Assembly (NCBI GenBank): GCA_963814275.1
Contig: CAWFCE010000002.1
Coordinates: 618,537 to 682,536, forward strand
Direction: 5' to 3'
DNA: 64,000 bases
Source of the DNA: Candidatus Parcubacteria bacterium
GTDB taxonomy: Bacteria > Patescibacteriota > Patescibacteriia > Patescibacteriales > UBA12075
In this document: one piece after another, positions 38,367 to 46,400 of the stretch
Layout: every line of letters starts with the position of its first letter
How positions within the stretch are numbered: the stretch's first letter is position 1
Notes under the pieces: model-generated
Told to the model about the DNA's origin: nothing
Databases searched by the model: none
What the model saw: only the letters and a program-made list of their open reading frames with translations
Position numbers and translations under genes: made by a program

Positions 38367-38660
38367 ATGAAATTAACCAAAGAACAAATCGAACACATCG
38401 CCAAGCTGGCCCGGCTGGAACTGACGCCGGAGGAATTCGATAAGTACGGGGAACAACTTTCCGGTATTTTGGGTTATATCGACCAGCTCAAGGAGGTCAA
38501 TACCGACGATGTCGAGCCGACTGCCCAGGTGACCGGACTGGCGAATGTCCTGCGCGCCGACGAGCTCGAAGATTGGGATAGTGCCGAAAGGGAATTGGCC
38601 CTGAAACAAGCCCCGGAGACGGAAAGTGGACAAGTGAAAGTGAAAAGAGTTATACAATAA
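38367..38660 (+). CDS. gatC: Asp/Glu-tRNA amidotransferase subunit C
   Basis: MKLTKEQIEHIAKLARLELTPEE...IDQLKEVNTDDVEPT. Confidence 0.9.
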   Translation: MKLTKEQIEHIAKLARLELTPEEFDKYGEQLSGILGYIDQLKEVNTDDVEPTAQVTGLANVLRADELEDWDSAERELALKQAPETESGQVKVKRVIQ

Positions 38661-38667
38661 AAGAAAA

Positions 38668-38734
38668 CAGATAACAGATAGCAGATAACAGACTTGGAAA
38701 TAGACTGTTATCTGTTATCTGCTAGCTGTTATCT
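38668..38734 (+). repeat. long word-hairpin between gatC and gatA
   Basis: cagataacagatagcagataacagac, loop ttggaaata, then gactgttatctgttatctgctagctgttatct. The core pairing is 11 of 12. Confidence 0.7.
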
Positions 38735-38738
38735 AAAT

Positions 38739-40217
38739 ATGGAATTAAACAAATTGACAATCAAACAGGCTGCGAAAAAATTAGACAACAAAGAAATTAC
38801 ATCGGTTGAATTGACAGAGGCATGCCTGAAACGTATCGAAGAGACAGACATGAAAGTTAAGGCCTGTTTGACCGTGTGTGAAAAAGAAGCGCTTTTAGCG
38901 GCCGCAGAAGCCGATCAGCGCCGCATCCAGGGCGAAAAGGGCGATCTTCTCGGTATACCTTTCGTCGCCAAGGACAATATTCTGACCAAAGGGATCCGGA
39001 CTACCGCCGCATCCAAAATTTTGGATAACTATATCGCCCCTTATGACGCCACGATCATCGCCCGCCTGAAACAGGCCGGCGCTGTCCTGCTCGCCAAGAC
39101 CAACCTGGATGAATTCGCCCATGGCGCCTCGACCGAAAACAGCGCTTACGGTCCGACCCATAATCCGTGGGACCTGAACCGCGTTCCCGGCGGCTCATCC
39201 GGCGGTTCGGCCGCGGCCGTGGCGGCGGATATGTGCCTGTTCGCGCTCGGTACCGATACGGGCGGCTCGATCCGCTGTCCGGCGGCATTCTGCGGCGTCA
39301 CGGGGCTCAAGCCGACATACGGCCGCTCTTCCCGTTTCGGCTTGGTCGCGATGACAAGTTCGACCGATGTGCCCGGACCGCTTACCAAGACGGCCGAGGA
39401 CGCGGCAATCGTCCTGGAAACGATTGCCGGCCATGACAAATACGACGCGACCACGCCGCCGGAAAAAGTACCCGCCTATCCCGAACTTATGGGTAAGCCG
39501 CTTAAGGGGATGAAGATCGGCTTGCCCCGGGAATATTACGGCGAAGGTATCGAAAGCGGTGTCAGACAATCATTGGAAGCCGCAATCGAACAATTCAAAA
39601 AATTGGGCGCGGAATTCGTCGAACTTTCCCTGCCGCATACCAAATACAGTATTGCCGTTTATTATATCATCACCCCGTCCGAAATCAGCTCAAATCTGGC
39701 GCGCTTCGACGGTATCCGTTATGGGCATACGGTTACCGGACGGAAAACAGGGGATAATAGCGCCGATAATTTACTTGAAATATATATGAAAAGCCGGGGG
39801 GAGGGCTTCGGTCCGGAAGCCAAACGCCGGATCATGCTCGGCACCTATGCCTTGTCCGCCGGCTATTACGACGCTTATTACCTTAAAGCGCAAAAAGTGC
39901 GCACGATAATCAGAGAAGAACTGGATGAAGCTTTGTCCCTTGTCGATTGCCTCCTGACGCCGACCGAGCCGCATGTCGCTTTTCCGATCGGCGAGCAGGT
40001 GAACGATCCGCTCACGATGTACCTGGAAGACATATTCGTGGCCGGCGCCTCGCTCTCGGGCCTGCCCGCGATTTCCATCCCCGCCGGTTTTAGCGCTGGC
40101 ATGCCGGTCGGGATGCAACTGATCGCCGCCCGTTTCGCCGAACCGACCCTTTTCCGGGTAAGCCACCAGTATCAGCAAGCGACTGATTGGCACGAACGGA
40201 AACCGGAGAATTTCTAA
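38739..40217 (+). CDS. gatA: Asp/Glu-tRNA amidotransferase subunit A
   Basis: Start moved to ATG 38739 (MELNKLTIKQ). Amidase signature GGSSGGSAAAVAA and the KDN/TTAAS region. Confidence 0.95.
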   Translation: MELNKLTIKQAAKKLDNKEITSVELTEACLKRIEETDMKVKACLTVCEKEALLAAAEADQRRIQGEKGDLLGIPFVAKDNILTKGIRTTAASKILDNYIAPYDATIIARLKQAGAVLLAKTNLDEFAHGASTENSAYGPTHNPWDLNRVPGGSSGGSAAAVAADMCLFALGTDTGGSIRCPAAFCGVTGLKPTYGRSSRFGLVAMTSSTDVPGPLTKTAEDAAIVLETIAGHDKYDATTPPEKVPAYPELMGKPLKGMKIGLPREYYGEGIESGVRQSLEAAIEQFKKLGAEFVELSLPHTKYSIAVYYIITPSEISSNLARFDGIRYGHTVTGRKTGDNSADNLLEIYMKSRGEGFGPEAKRRIMLGTYALSAGYYDAYYLKAQKVRTIIREELDEALSLVDCLLTPTEPHVAFPIGEQVNDPLTMYLEDIFVAGASLSGLPAISIPAGFSAGMPVGMQLIAARFAEPTLFRVSHQYQQATDWHERKPENF

Positions 40218-40373
40218 GAAATAGTAAAAAATTATCCAATCTTCAATAATCCAATTATCCAAACAATATTAAATTTTCAATATCAAATATTTAAATATGA
40301 CGGTTTGAAAATTAAATTATTAAATATTTATTGAAAATTGAATTATAGAATATTGATAAATAATAAGTTATTT

Positions 40374-41159
40374 ATGCCCTCCAACAATTTTAATAATAAA
40401 AAAATAATTACAATATCAGTTGTTATCGTACTTATCTTGATTCTTGCCAGTCTCGGTTATTTATATTACAATAAGAAACTGGTTACCGGTATACAGATCG
40501 GGCAGGAAGAACAGGCTCCAGTAGCCGCGAAAACCGCTGATGGCGCTTTGTCTGTCGACCAGGACATTATTGATGATGCTATGAGCGCCGCTGTCCAGCC
40601 GGTGCGGCCGATCGATGACACCGATCATATTCGCGGTTCCCTGGAAGCGCCGGTCCAGCTGATCGTATATGGCGATTTTCAGGACGCGTTTTCCCGGCAA
40701 TTCAACACCGTGCTTGATCAGGCGGAATCGGATTATGGTGATCGGATAGTAGTGGCTTTCCGGCATTTTCCTCTGCGCCGTAATACCTATGCTTATCCGG
40801 CAGCGCTGGCGGCGGAATGCGCCGCGGAGCAGGGAAAATTTCGGGAAATGCACGATGGTTTATTTGCTTTAAGCGAGGCAGAGATGGGCAACGAGCAGAT
40901 AGCGTCCGTCGCGGACGGAATCGAAATGGACCAGGACAAATTTTCCGATTGTGTCGACAGCCAAAAATACCGGGATAAAATACAGGAGCAGATCAACGAG
41001 GCTGACCAATTCGGGGTTATCGGGGTTCCTGCCGTTTTCATAAACGGCGAACCGCGCACAGGCGCAATTCCGTATGAAGATTATACCGACAGCCAGGACA
41101 ATAATGAAGAGGGCTTGAAAAGCATTATCGAAAGGCTTATATCACAAAGCGGCGAATAG
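40374..41159 (+). CDS. DsbA-like thioredoxin-fold protein lacking the CxxC active site
   Basis: Start ATG 40374, N-terminal TM. Family pattern APVQLIVYGDFQDAFSRQF...FRHFPL...AAECAAEQGKFREMHDGLF...GVPAVFING. The position of the usual CPxC reads DAFS. Confidence 0.72.
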   Translation: MPSNNFNNKKIITISVVIVLILILASLGYLYYNKKLVTGIQIGQEEQAPVAAKTADGALSVDQDIIDDAMSAAVQPVRPIDDTDHIRGSLEAPVQLIVYGDFQDAFSRQFNTVLDQAESDYGDRIVVAFRHFPLRRNTYAYPAALAAECAAEQGKFREMHDGLFALSEAEMGNEQIASVADGIEMDQDKFSDCVDSQKYRDKIQEQINEADQFGVIGVPAVFINGEPRTGAIPYEDYTDSQDNNEEGLKSIIERLISQSGE

Positions 41160-41194
41160 CAAATTGGAAGTTTCCACTCAGCTTTAGCTGAGAC

Positions 41195-41300
41195 TTCGCC
41201 AGGCTTCCACTTGGCTTTACCTGCCTGCCGGCAGGCAGGGCCGAAGGTTCGCCAGGCTTCCACTTGGCTTTACCTGCCTGCCGGCAGGCAGGGCCGAAGG
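41195..41300. repeat. 53-bp tandem repeat x2 (plus degenerate flanking copies 41165-41360)
   Basis: Unit ttcgccaggcttccacttggctttacctgcctgccggcaggcagggccgaagg occurs at 41195-41247 and 41248-41300, identical. It contains the palindrome cctgcctgccggcaggcagg. Confidence 0.9.
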
Positions 41301-41473
41301 TTCGCCAGTCTTCCACTTGGCTTCAGCCGAAGGTTCGCCAGGCTTTAGCCTGATACACCGGACCAGGTCTATTCGAGCGGAAGGATTGTGCGGTGAAAGC
41401 CTCAGGAAACTTAGACTAAAGCCAAGCGGAAAAGAGTATTCGACATTCAAAATTCGTAATTCGAAATTTATCG

Positions 41474-41560
41474 GGTGGGATGGCCGAGCGGTCGAAGGCG
41501 CATGCTTGGAGTGCATGTGTGTCAGAAATGGCACCTAGGGTTCGAATCCCTATCCCACCG
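41474..41560 (+). tRNA. tRNA-Ser (anticodon GGA), type II with long variable arm, no encoded CCA
   Basis: Acceptor GGTGGGA/TCCCACC. D-arm GCCGAGCGGTCGAAGGC. Anticodon arm CATGC-TTGGAGT-GCATG. Variable stem GTGTC/GGCAC. T-arm TAGGG-TTCGAAT-CCCTA. Confidence 0.9.
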
Positions 41561-41566
41561 CAAATT

Positions 41567-41600
41567 AAAGCCTGTTCACAATGTGAGCGGGCTTTATTTT
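41567..41600 (+). terminator. hairpin plus T-run after tRNA-Ser
   Basis: aaagcc..gttcac / gtgagc..ggcttt, followed by atttt. Confidence 0.55.
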
Positions 41601-41603
41601 GCC

Positions 41604-41670
41604 GTGGGACATCTGAGAGAGCCTGCTTTTGGAGGGGCTTCCGCCCCTTCGAATCCCTGTCCCACCGCCA
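41604..41670 (+). pseudogene. decayed tandem copy of tRNA-Ser ending in CCA
   Basis: GTGGGAC...GCTTTTGGAGGGGC...TTCGAATCCCTGTCCCACCGCCA. The last 20 nt before CCA differ from tRNA-Ser 41541-41560 at one position. The 5' GTGGGAC pairs with GTCCCAC. No D-arm or T-stem can be drawn. Confidence 0.5.
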
Positions 41671-41688
41671 CAAATACAGGAAACAAAT

Positions 41689-41713
41689 AAAATCGCCAGA
41701 AATGGCGATTTTT
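41689..41713 (+). terminator. rho-independent terminator
   Basis: aaatcgcca / tggcgattt stem (41690-41711) followed by a T-run. Confidence 0.7.
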
Positions 41714-41742
41714 GCTATAATTAAAACAGGTAAAATTAAAAT

Positions 41743-42414
41743 TTGTTATGTAAAAATGTGAAAAATATTACAGTAAGCCTATTATTAGTTTTTATTATAA
41801 CCGGTTGCAGCTCGCCATTTGCTTGGTTCGGGCAAGGTATAGCAAAAGAATTGAAAAAAGATTATATTTTGGCTTATCCGGACGGTATCGCTGAAAGCAA
41901 TACAGACTTGATCTATCTTATCACCCCGGGTGGAGGCGCCCAGGAGGCGAAGGCCAGTGTGGCTTATTGGTTGCCATATTTAAAAAGCTATAATTTGGCC
42001 GTGGCCGCGCCGATCGATTGGTCTCAGGAAAAACTGGACACAGCCTTGACGGATATTTTAGCCAGTCATCAATTTGGGAAGATATTCGTTACCGGTTTTT
42101 CCAATGGCGGGTACAACAGTTGTACATTCGGATTCGACAATCCAGAACGGGTAGACGGCATAATCCCGATGGGTGCTTATTGTTCGGCTACGTTTCTGGG
42201 GGCAACACCCCCGCAGATTCCCGTTTTAGTCGTGGCGGGAGAGAAGGACAAATGGGCAAGAGGGGAGGATCTTCAGGCGATAGAGGAGTCGAGCTTAGAA
42301 TTGGAAGCGGTCGGAATCGATCAGCAAACGATTATTGTCCCCGGTATCGGCCACCAGTATCCTGTTTCCGCCTTGCCTCAAGTGATTGATTGGATAAGGA
42401 GCAATTTTCGGTAA
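41743..42414 (+). CDS. lipoprotein, alpha/beta-hydrolase esterase (PHB-depolymerase/COG3509-like)
   Basis: Lipobox FIITGC. Nucleophile elbow FVTGFSNGG. Alternative GTG start at 41758. Confidence 0.6.
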   Translation: MLCKNVKNITVSLLLVFIITGCSSPFAWFGQGIAKELKKDYILAYPDGIAESNTDLIYLITPGGGAQEAKASVAYWLPYLKSYNLAVAAPIDWSQEKLDTALTDILASHQFGKIFVTGFSNGGYNSCTFGFDNPERVDGIIPMGAYCSATFLGATPPQIPVLVVAGEKDKWARGEDLQAIEESSLELEAVGIDQQTIIVPGIGHQYPVSALPQVIDWIRSNFR

Positions 42415-42760
42415 TAAGTAGATTGACGCTGGATCTGAGGTTGCAGATAGTGCACAATGGGGCTTCTTGGTATAATCAAATTCTTATCAGTAAAAAATGC
42501 GGGAAATTACAATGTTGACTTTTACAGTTAAATATATTACTATAAATACGTAAATATTGGGTAAAACAAACATAAAGCAGAATGCGCCGCATATCTGTTT
42601 TTTGTGATTAAAAATAAAGGATTATTTAACTTTTAAATATTATTCGTGATTCGTGAAAATCAGTTTGTAATTCGCGTATATTCGTTTTTGACTGTTCAAA
42701 GCGAAAAATCCGAATTTAAACGATAAGTTCGAAAATTACGAATTATAACGAAACATAGAT

Positions 42761-42916
42761 ATGTCGCAAGATAACATGATCAAGCTGGAATGCACCGAAT
42801 GCAAGCGCGTGAACTATTTCAGCCGTAAAAACAAAAAAACCTTGAAGGGCAGGCTGGAAATGAATAAATTCTGCAAATTCTGCAAAAAGCATACCCTGCA
42901 TAAGGAAACGAAGTAA
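42761..42916 (+). CDS. rpmG: 50S ribosomal protein L33
   Basis: Hand-translated 51 aa, absent from the track: [51 protein letters not shown]. Cys4 Zn-ribbon type. Confidence 0.9.
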   Translation: MSQDNMIKLECTECKRVNYFSRKNKKTLKGRLEMNKFCKFCKKHTLHKETK

Positions 42917-42950
42917 TTTTCGAATTACGATTTTCGATATTCGAATGAAA

Positions 42951-43042
42951 TCTTCCACCGGGCTTCAGCCCGGGTTCCGCGGCTTTAGCCGCACCGGAAT
43001 CTTCCACCGGGCTTCAGCCCGGGTTCCGCGGCTTTAGCCGCA
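42951..43042. repeat. 49-bp tandem repeat x about 1.9
   Basis: tcttccaccgggcttcagcccgggttccgcggctttagccgcaccggaa is repeated from 43000. It shares cttccac / ggctt(t/c)agcc words with the 41.2 kb repeat. Confidence 0.85.
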
Positions 43043-43069
43043 TACAAACTGCAATTAGCCAGTTAACGT

Positions 43070-43444
43070 ATGCGTCTAAGGAAAAAAATCAGCTATATTT
43101 CATTTATCGCTTTTTTTATTTTGATACTGAGCGGTTGCACGCAGTTAAAACAACTGGATAGCACGATCGGACTGTTGTTTTTTAACGATAATGCCACCGG
43201 TACGCCGGCTGAAGCAATCGGCGGCAGAACCGCTACGAGCTCTCTTTTAAATACCAAAGGTTTGACCGAAGCGCAGAAAATCACGATCGAGGACTGGCTT
43301 ACGAAGCATGGCTTGAACCGCTATGGCGATCCGGAAGGGACCTACTACGACGGTGGCACCCCGCTTTTGGATGAAATAACCGGCCAAGCGATCGAACGCT
43401 TCGAATATATCCTCAAGAACCACCCGGACATATTTAATGACTGA
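43070..43444 (+). CDS. lipoprotein of unknown function
   Basis: Signal peptide plus lipobox ILSGC. No recognisable motif. Confidence 0.55.
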   Translation: MRLRKKISYISFIAFFILILSGCTQLKQLDSTIGLLFFNDNATGTPAEAIGGRTATSSLLNTKGLTEAQKITIEDWLTKHGLNRYGDPEGTYYDGGTPLLDEITGQAIERFEYILKNHPDIFND

Positions 43445-43502
43445 GTATTTAAACCAAACAGTTGCGATTTTATTCAGTCGCTTCCTATTTATAAGTCTGA
43501 AG

Positions 43503-43678
43503 AATAATTTCTAATTTCTAAATTATAATTTCTAAACAAATCCCAAATCCGAATTACCCAAACCTTAAATTGCAAATTTTTTAAGTAGTGTTGAATTTCA
43601 TTAATTTATTGTTTGGAGTTTGGAATTTTCAGAATTGGAATTTGTTTAGGATTTAGATATTTAGAATTTAGGATTTGT
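43503..43678. repeat. AT-rich inverted-repeat word element, copy B
   Basis: aataatttctaatttctaaattataatttctaaacaaatcccaaatcc ... ggaatttgtttaggatttagatatttagaatttaggatt. Confidence 0.5.
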
Positions 43679-43739
43679 GCCTATCGATATATGAATTTTA
43701 GCATTTATCACGGATCACTTTTTTTGATTTATATATTTT

Positions 43740-44777
43740 ATGCAAAACATAACTATTCCCAAATTATTTCTCACTCTGATCATTGTCTTTGTCCTCTATG
43801 CCTGCTATTTGATCTTCCGGCCTTTTATGACGGTATTGCTCGTCGCTACGATCCTGGTGACGCTTTTTTACCCGCCTTATGAACAGCTGGTGAAATGGTT
43901 CCGCGGCCGCAAGCACCTGGCGGCGCTGGTGATGTGCCTCTTGATCGCGCTTCTGGTGATCTTGCCGCTGGTCAATTTCATCGCCTATACGGCCCAGCGC
44001 AGCACCGACGCTTTTGACGTGACCAAGCAGTTTTTCGCCGAGAAGGATGTGGCCAGTTTTACTTTCGAGTCGCTCCAGCGCTTCAATGTGATCGGCCTGT
44101 CCGGCGACACGGTCAGGAACGCTATCATCGACCTGGCTAACCTGGTCAAGGACTGGCTGGCAGCCGGCGCGGCAAACTTCATCAAAGGCACAACCAATTT
44201 TGTCATCAGCCTCTTCCTTATTTTTTTCACGATGTTTTTCTTCTTTATCGACGGCCCCCGGATGCTGGAACAGCTGATGCATTGGACACCCCTGCCGAAC
44301 AAGTACGACCGGCTCATATTCCAGAAGTTCCGCGACGTGAGCTATTCGACGATCGTTTCGACTTTCGTCACGGCGATCGCCCAGGGAGTAGTCGGCGCGA
44401 TCGGCTTCACCATCGTCGGTTTACCGGCCTTTTTTCCGGGGATCGCGATGGCTTTTCTCTCCCTCCTGCCCTATGTCGGCTCGGGCATCGTCTGGTTTCC
44501 GACCGCGATCTATCTCCTGGCGGTGGGCAAGATCTGGCAGGGGATATTCCTCCTGGCCTGGGGCGCGGGCGGTGTCAGTACGATCGACAATATCCTGAAG
44601 GCTTATATCATCAAGGGCAAGGCCCAGGTCCATCCGATCTTCCTGATCTTCTCGATCCTGGGCGGGATCACGGTATTCGGCTTCTGGGGCGTGATCTTCG
44701 GCCCGCTCATCATCTCCCTCGCGGTCACTGTCCTCCGGATCTACGAAATGGAATACGCGGAAATACTGGAGAAGTAA
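43740..44777 (+). CDS. AI-2E family transporter (PerM/UPF0118)
   Basis: About 345 aa with 7-8 TM segments. Characteristic ...FFFFIDGPRM... and a C-terminal GGITVFGFWGVIFGPLI region. Confidence 0.85.
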   Translation: MQNITIPKLFLTLIIVFVLYACYLIFRPFMTVLLVATILVTLFYPPYEQLVKWFRGRKHLAALVMCLLIALLVILPLVNFIAYTAQRSTDAFDVTKQFFAEKDVASFTFESLQRFNVIGLSGDTVRNAIIDLANLVKDWLAAGAANFIKGTTNFVISLFLIFFTMFFFFIDGPRMLEQLMHWTPLPNKYDRLIFQKFRDVSYSTIVSTFVTAIAQGVVGAIGFTIVGLPAFFPGIAMAFLSLLPYVGSGIVWFPTAIYLLAVGKIWQGIFLLAWGAGGVSTIDNILKAYIIKGKAQVHPIFLIFSILGGITVFGFWGVIFGPLIISLAVTVLRIYEMEYAEILEK

Positions 44778-44948
44778 ATCCTAAATCCTAATATCTAAAC
44801 TCTAAACAATATCTAATAGATAATTTTTCAAATTTATTATGAACTACGACCTGGAGGACTGGAAAAGTCAAAATAGCAATCCTTTGTGATTTAAATTATT
44901 TGAATTTGTGATTTGTTTAGAATTTAGAAATTAGAATTTAGAATTTAA
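44778..44948. repeat. AT-rich inverted-repeat word element, copy C
   Basis: atcctaaatcctaatatctaaactctaaacaat ... gatttgtttagaatttagaaattagaatttagaattt. Abuts tRNA-Trp. Confidence 0.5.
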
Positions 44949-44953
44949 AGAAA

Positions 44954-45024
44954 GCGGGTGTAGTATAGTGGTAGTACAGGGCTCTCCAAAAGCTCTAGTG
45001 TGGGTTCGATTCCTACCACCCGTG
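44954..45024 (+). tRNA. tRNA-Trp (anticodon CCA), no encoded 3' CCA
   Basis: Acceptor GCGGGTG/CACCCGT (G1:U72). D-arm GTAT-AGTGGTA-GTAC. Anticodon arm GGGCT-CTCCAAA-AGCTC. T-arm GTGGG-TTCGATT-CCTAC. Discriminator G. Confidence 0.88.
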
Positions 45025-45029
45025 CGAAG

Positions 45030-45060
45030 AAAACTAGCTTAATATTAGGCTAGTTTTTTG
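45030..45060 (+). terminator. terminator hairpin after tRNA-Trp
   Basis: aaaactagc (45030-45038) pairs with gctagtttt (45049-45057), followed by a T-run. Confidence 0.7.
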
Positions 45061-45128
45061 GTTGAGGATCGAGGGAATCGAACTTTTTATTGATATTTGT
45101 TATAATTATTTATAATAACTATAAATAT

Positions 45129-45749
45129 ATGAAATTTTATTTATCATCCTATAAGCTTGGTGACAAAACAAACGAGCTAAAAGAAATAATCGCAAATAAA
45201 AATAAAAAAACCGCCTACATTTCTAACGCCTTAGATTTTTCTTCGGACTTGGAAAGGCGGGAGAAAAGTGAAGCGGCGGATATTGCGGACTTAGAAACTG
45301 TCGGCATGGCAATCGAAAAAGTAGATTTACGAGATTATTTTGGTAAACAAGAGGAGCTTAAAAAGAAATTGGATGAATATAGTGTGATTTGGGTAAGGGG
45401 TGGAAATGTTTTTGTATTAAGGCAAGCTATGAAGTTAAGCGGTTTCGACGAGATAATGACGCAACTCCTCAAAAAAGATGATATGATCTATGGTGGATAT
45501 AGCGCTGGTGTTTGTGTATTAGCACCAACACTTAGGGGCATTGATCTTGTTGATGATCCCAATATCCACCCATATCCAAAACAAACAGAAATTATCTGGG
45601 AAGGACTTAGTATTCTGGATTATTCAGTGGTCCCGCATTATGCTTCAAATCATTCTGAATCAGATGCGGTAAACAACGTAATCAAGTATATGGTTGATAA
45701 TAAGATATTGTTTAAAGCAATTAGTGATGGTGAAGTAATAATTTTTTAA
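45129..45749 (+). CDS. peptidase E-like (S51 family / class I amidotransferase-like)
   Basis: Start moved to ATG 45129 (MKFYLSSYKLG). VIWVRGGNVFVL and YGGYSAGVCVLAP (nucleophile Ser context). Confidence 0.72.
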   Translation: MKFYLSSYKLGDKTNELKEIIANKNKKTAYISNALDFSSDLERREKSEAADIADLETVGMAIEKVDLRDYFGKQEELKKKLDEYSVIWVRGGNVFVLRQAMKLSGFDEIMTQLLKKDDMIYGGYSAGVCVLAPTLRGIDLVDDPNIHPYPKQTEIIWEGLSILDYSVVPHYASNHSESDAVNNVIKYMVDNKILFKAISDGEVIIF

Positions 45750-45762
45750 TAATCAAACTAAA

Positions 45763-45890
45763 GCGCACAGTTGGCTAACATTCTTCAAAACTAGCTCAGG
45801 CACAGGCAGGGCAGTAACCCAATCAAAGGTTCGAAAGCTGTCCCTCCATGCGTGCGGATATAATCACAGCTAACGTTGGCTGTGATTTTT
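45763..45890 (+). repeat. decayed tRNA-like relic plus conserved hairpin (boundary 1)
   Basis: gcgcacagttggctaaca..ttcaaaac..ggttcgaaagctgtccctccatgcgtgcgg, then the hairpin aatcacagctaacgttggctgtgatt followed by ttt. Confidence 0.55.
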
Positions 45891-45936
45891 GTATGGGTGG
45901 TTGTGAAATCGAACATATTTTGTTAGTATTTGAGCT

Positions 45937-46338
45937 ATGAACAATATGGATGTAAATAATAAAATAATCAGACTATGCGTTGAAGGCTCAAAGGCTGAGT
46001 TTATGAAAAACACTGACAAAGCGATAAGATGTTATCAGCAGGCTTGGGATGAGCATCAGAATAATTATGAGGGTTGTATTGCCGCTCACTATTTGGCACG
46101 GTTTAAAGATGCTCCCGATGATATTTTTTATTGGAATAAAAAAGCGCTTGATTTGGCAAATTTGTCAGACAACGATGATGTAAAAGAATTTTTTCCATCA
46201 CTCTATGTAAACATGGGGAAGTCATATGAATTACTTGGTGATAAAAAGAACGCTGTGAAGTATTATGAAAAAGCAGAAAAATTCGGCATTAAACATAGTA
46301 ATAGTAATAAAAAAAAGATATCTAACCTCGGTATATAA
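45937..46338 (+). CDS. small TPR-like helical protein, conserved family of unknown function
   Basis: Pattern ...AIRCYQQAWDEH..AAHYLARFKD...WNKKALDLA...PSLYVNMGKSYELLGDKKNAVKYYEKA. Confidence 0.5.
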   Translation: MNNMDVNNKIIRLCVEGSKAEFMKNTDKAIRCYQQAWDEHQNNYEGCIAAHYLARFKDAPDDIFYWNKKALDLANLSDNDDVKEFFPSLYVNMGKSYELLGDKKNAVKYYEKAEKFGIKHSNSNKKKISNLGI

Positions 46339-46400
46339 AACAAATTATAAGGTTTTCCGGTGCGTCGCGTATTGTAAATTATCTTATAGCTGGAATAAAG

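Noticed and set aside
38114-38404. 96-aa minus-strand ORF (..CHCEERSDEAIPRRERD..)
   Set aside because: It is the translation of the palindromic intergenic repeat, a recurrent spurious hypothetical-protein signature.
39771-40262. 163-aa minus-strand ORF at the gatA 3' end
   Set aside because: It is antisense to GatA and extends into a repeat-rich spacer.
41217-41761. ORFs 41217..41534, 41317..41538, 41416..41673, 41475..41690 and 41480..41761
   Set aside because: They cover the tandem repeat, tRNA-Ser and its decayed copy, so they are RNA/repeat sequence and not coding.
41195-43042. Tandem repeats considered as CRISPR arrays
   Set aside because: There are only 2-3 directly abutting units with no unique spacers, the unit lengths are 53 and 49 bp, and no cas genes are present.
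43764-44791. Minus-strand ORFs 43764..44282 and 43985..44317, and plus-strand ORF 44282..44791 overlapping the AI-2E transporter
   Set aside because: The alternative frames are Arg/Asp/His-rich and non-membrane-like. The 345-aa frame is a coherent polytopic transporter.
45060-45092. Minus-strand tRNA 3' fragments after the hairpins (ggatcgagggaatcgaac at 45067, gaaatcgaac at 45905, agatcgaat at 51052)
   Set aside because: They read as reverse-complement T-loops, but the matches are short. GTTCGAAC is self-complementary, so orientation is ambiguous. Evidence is insufficient to call them.
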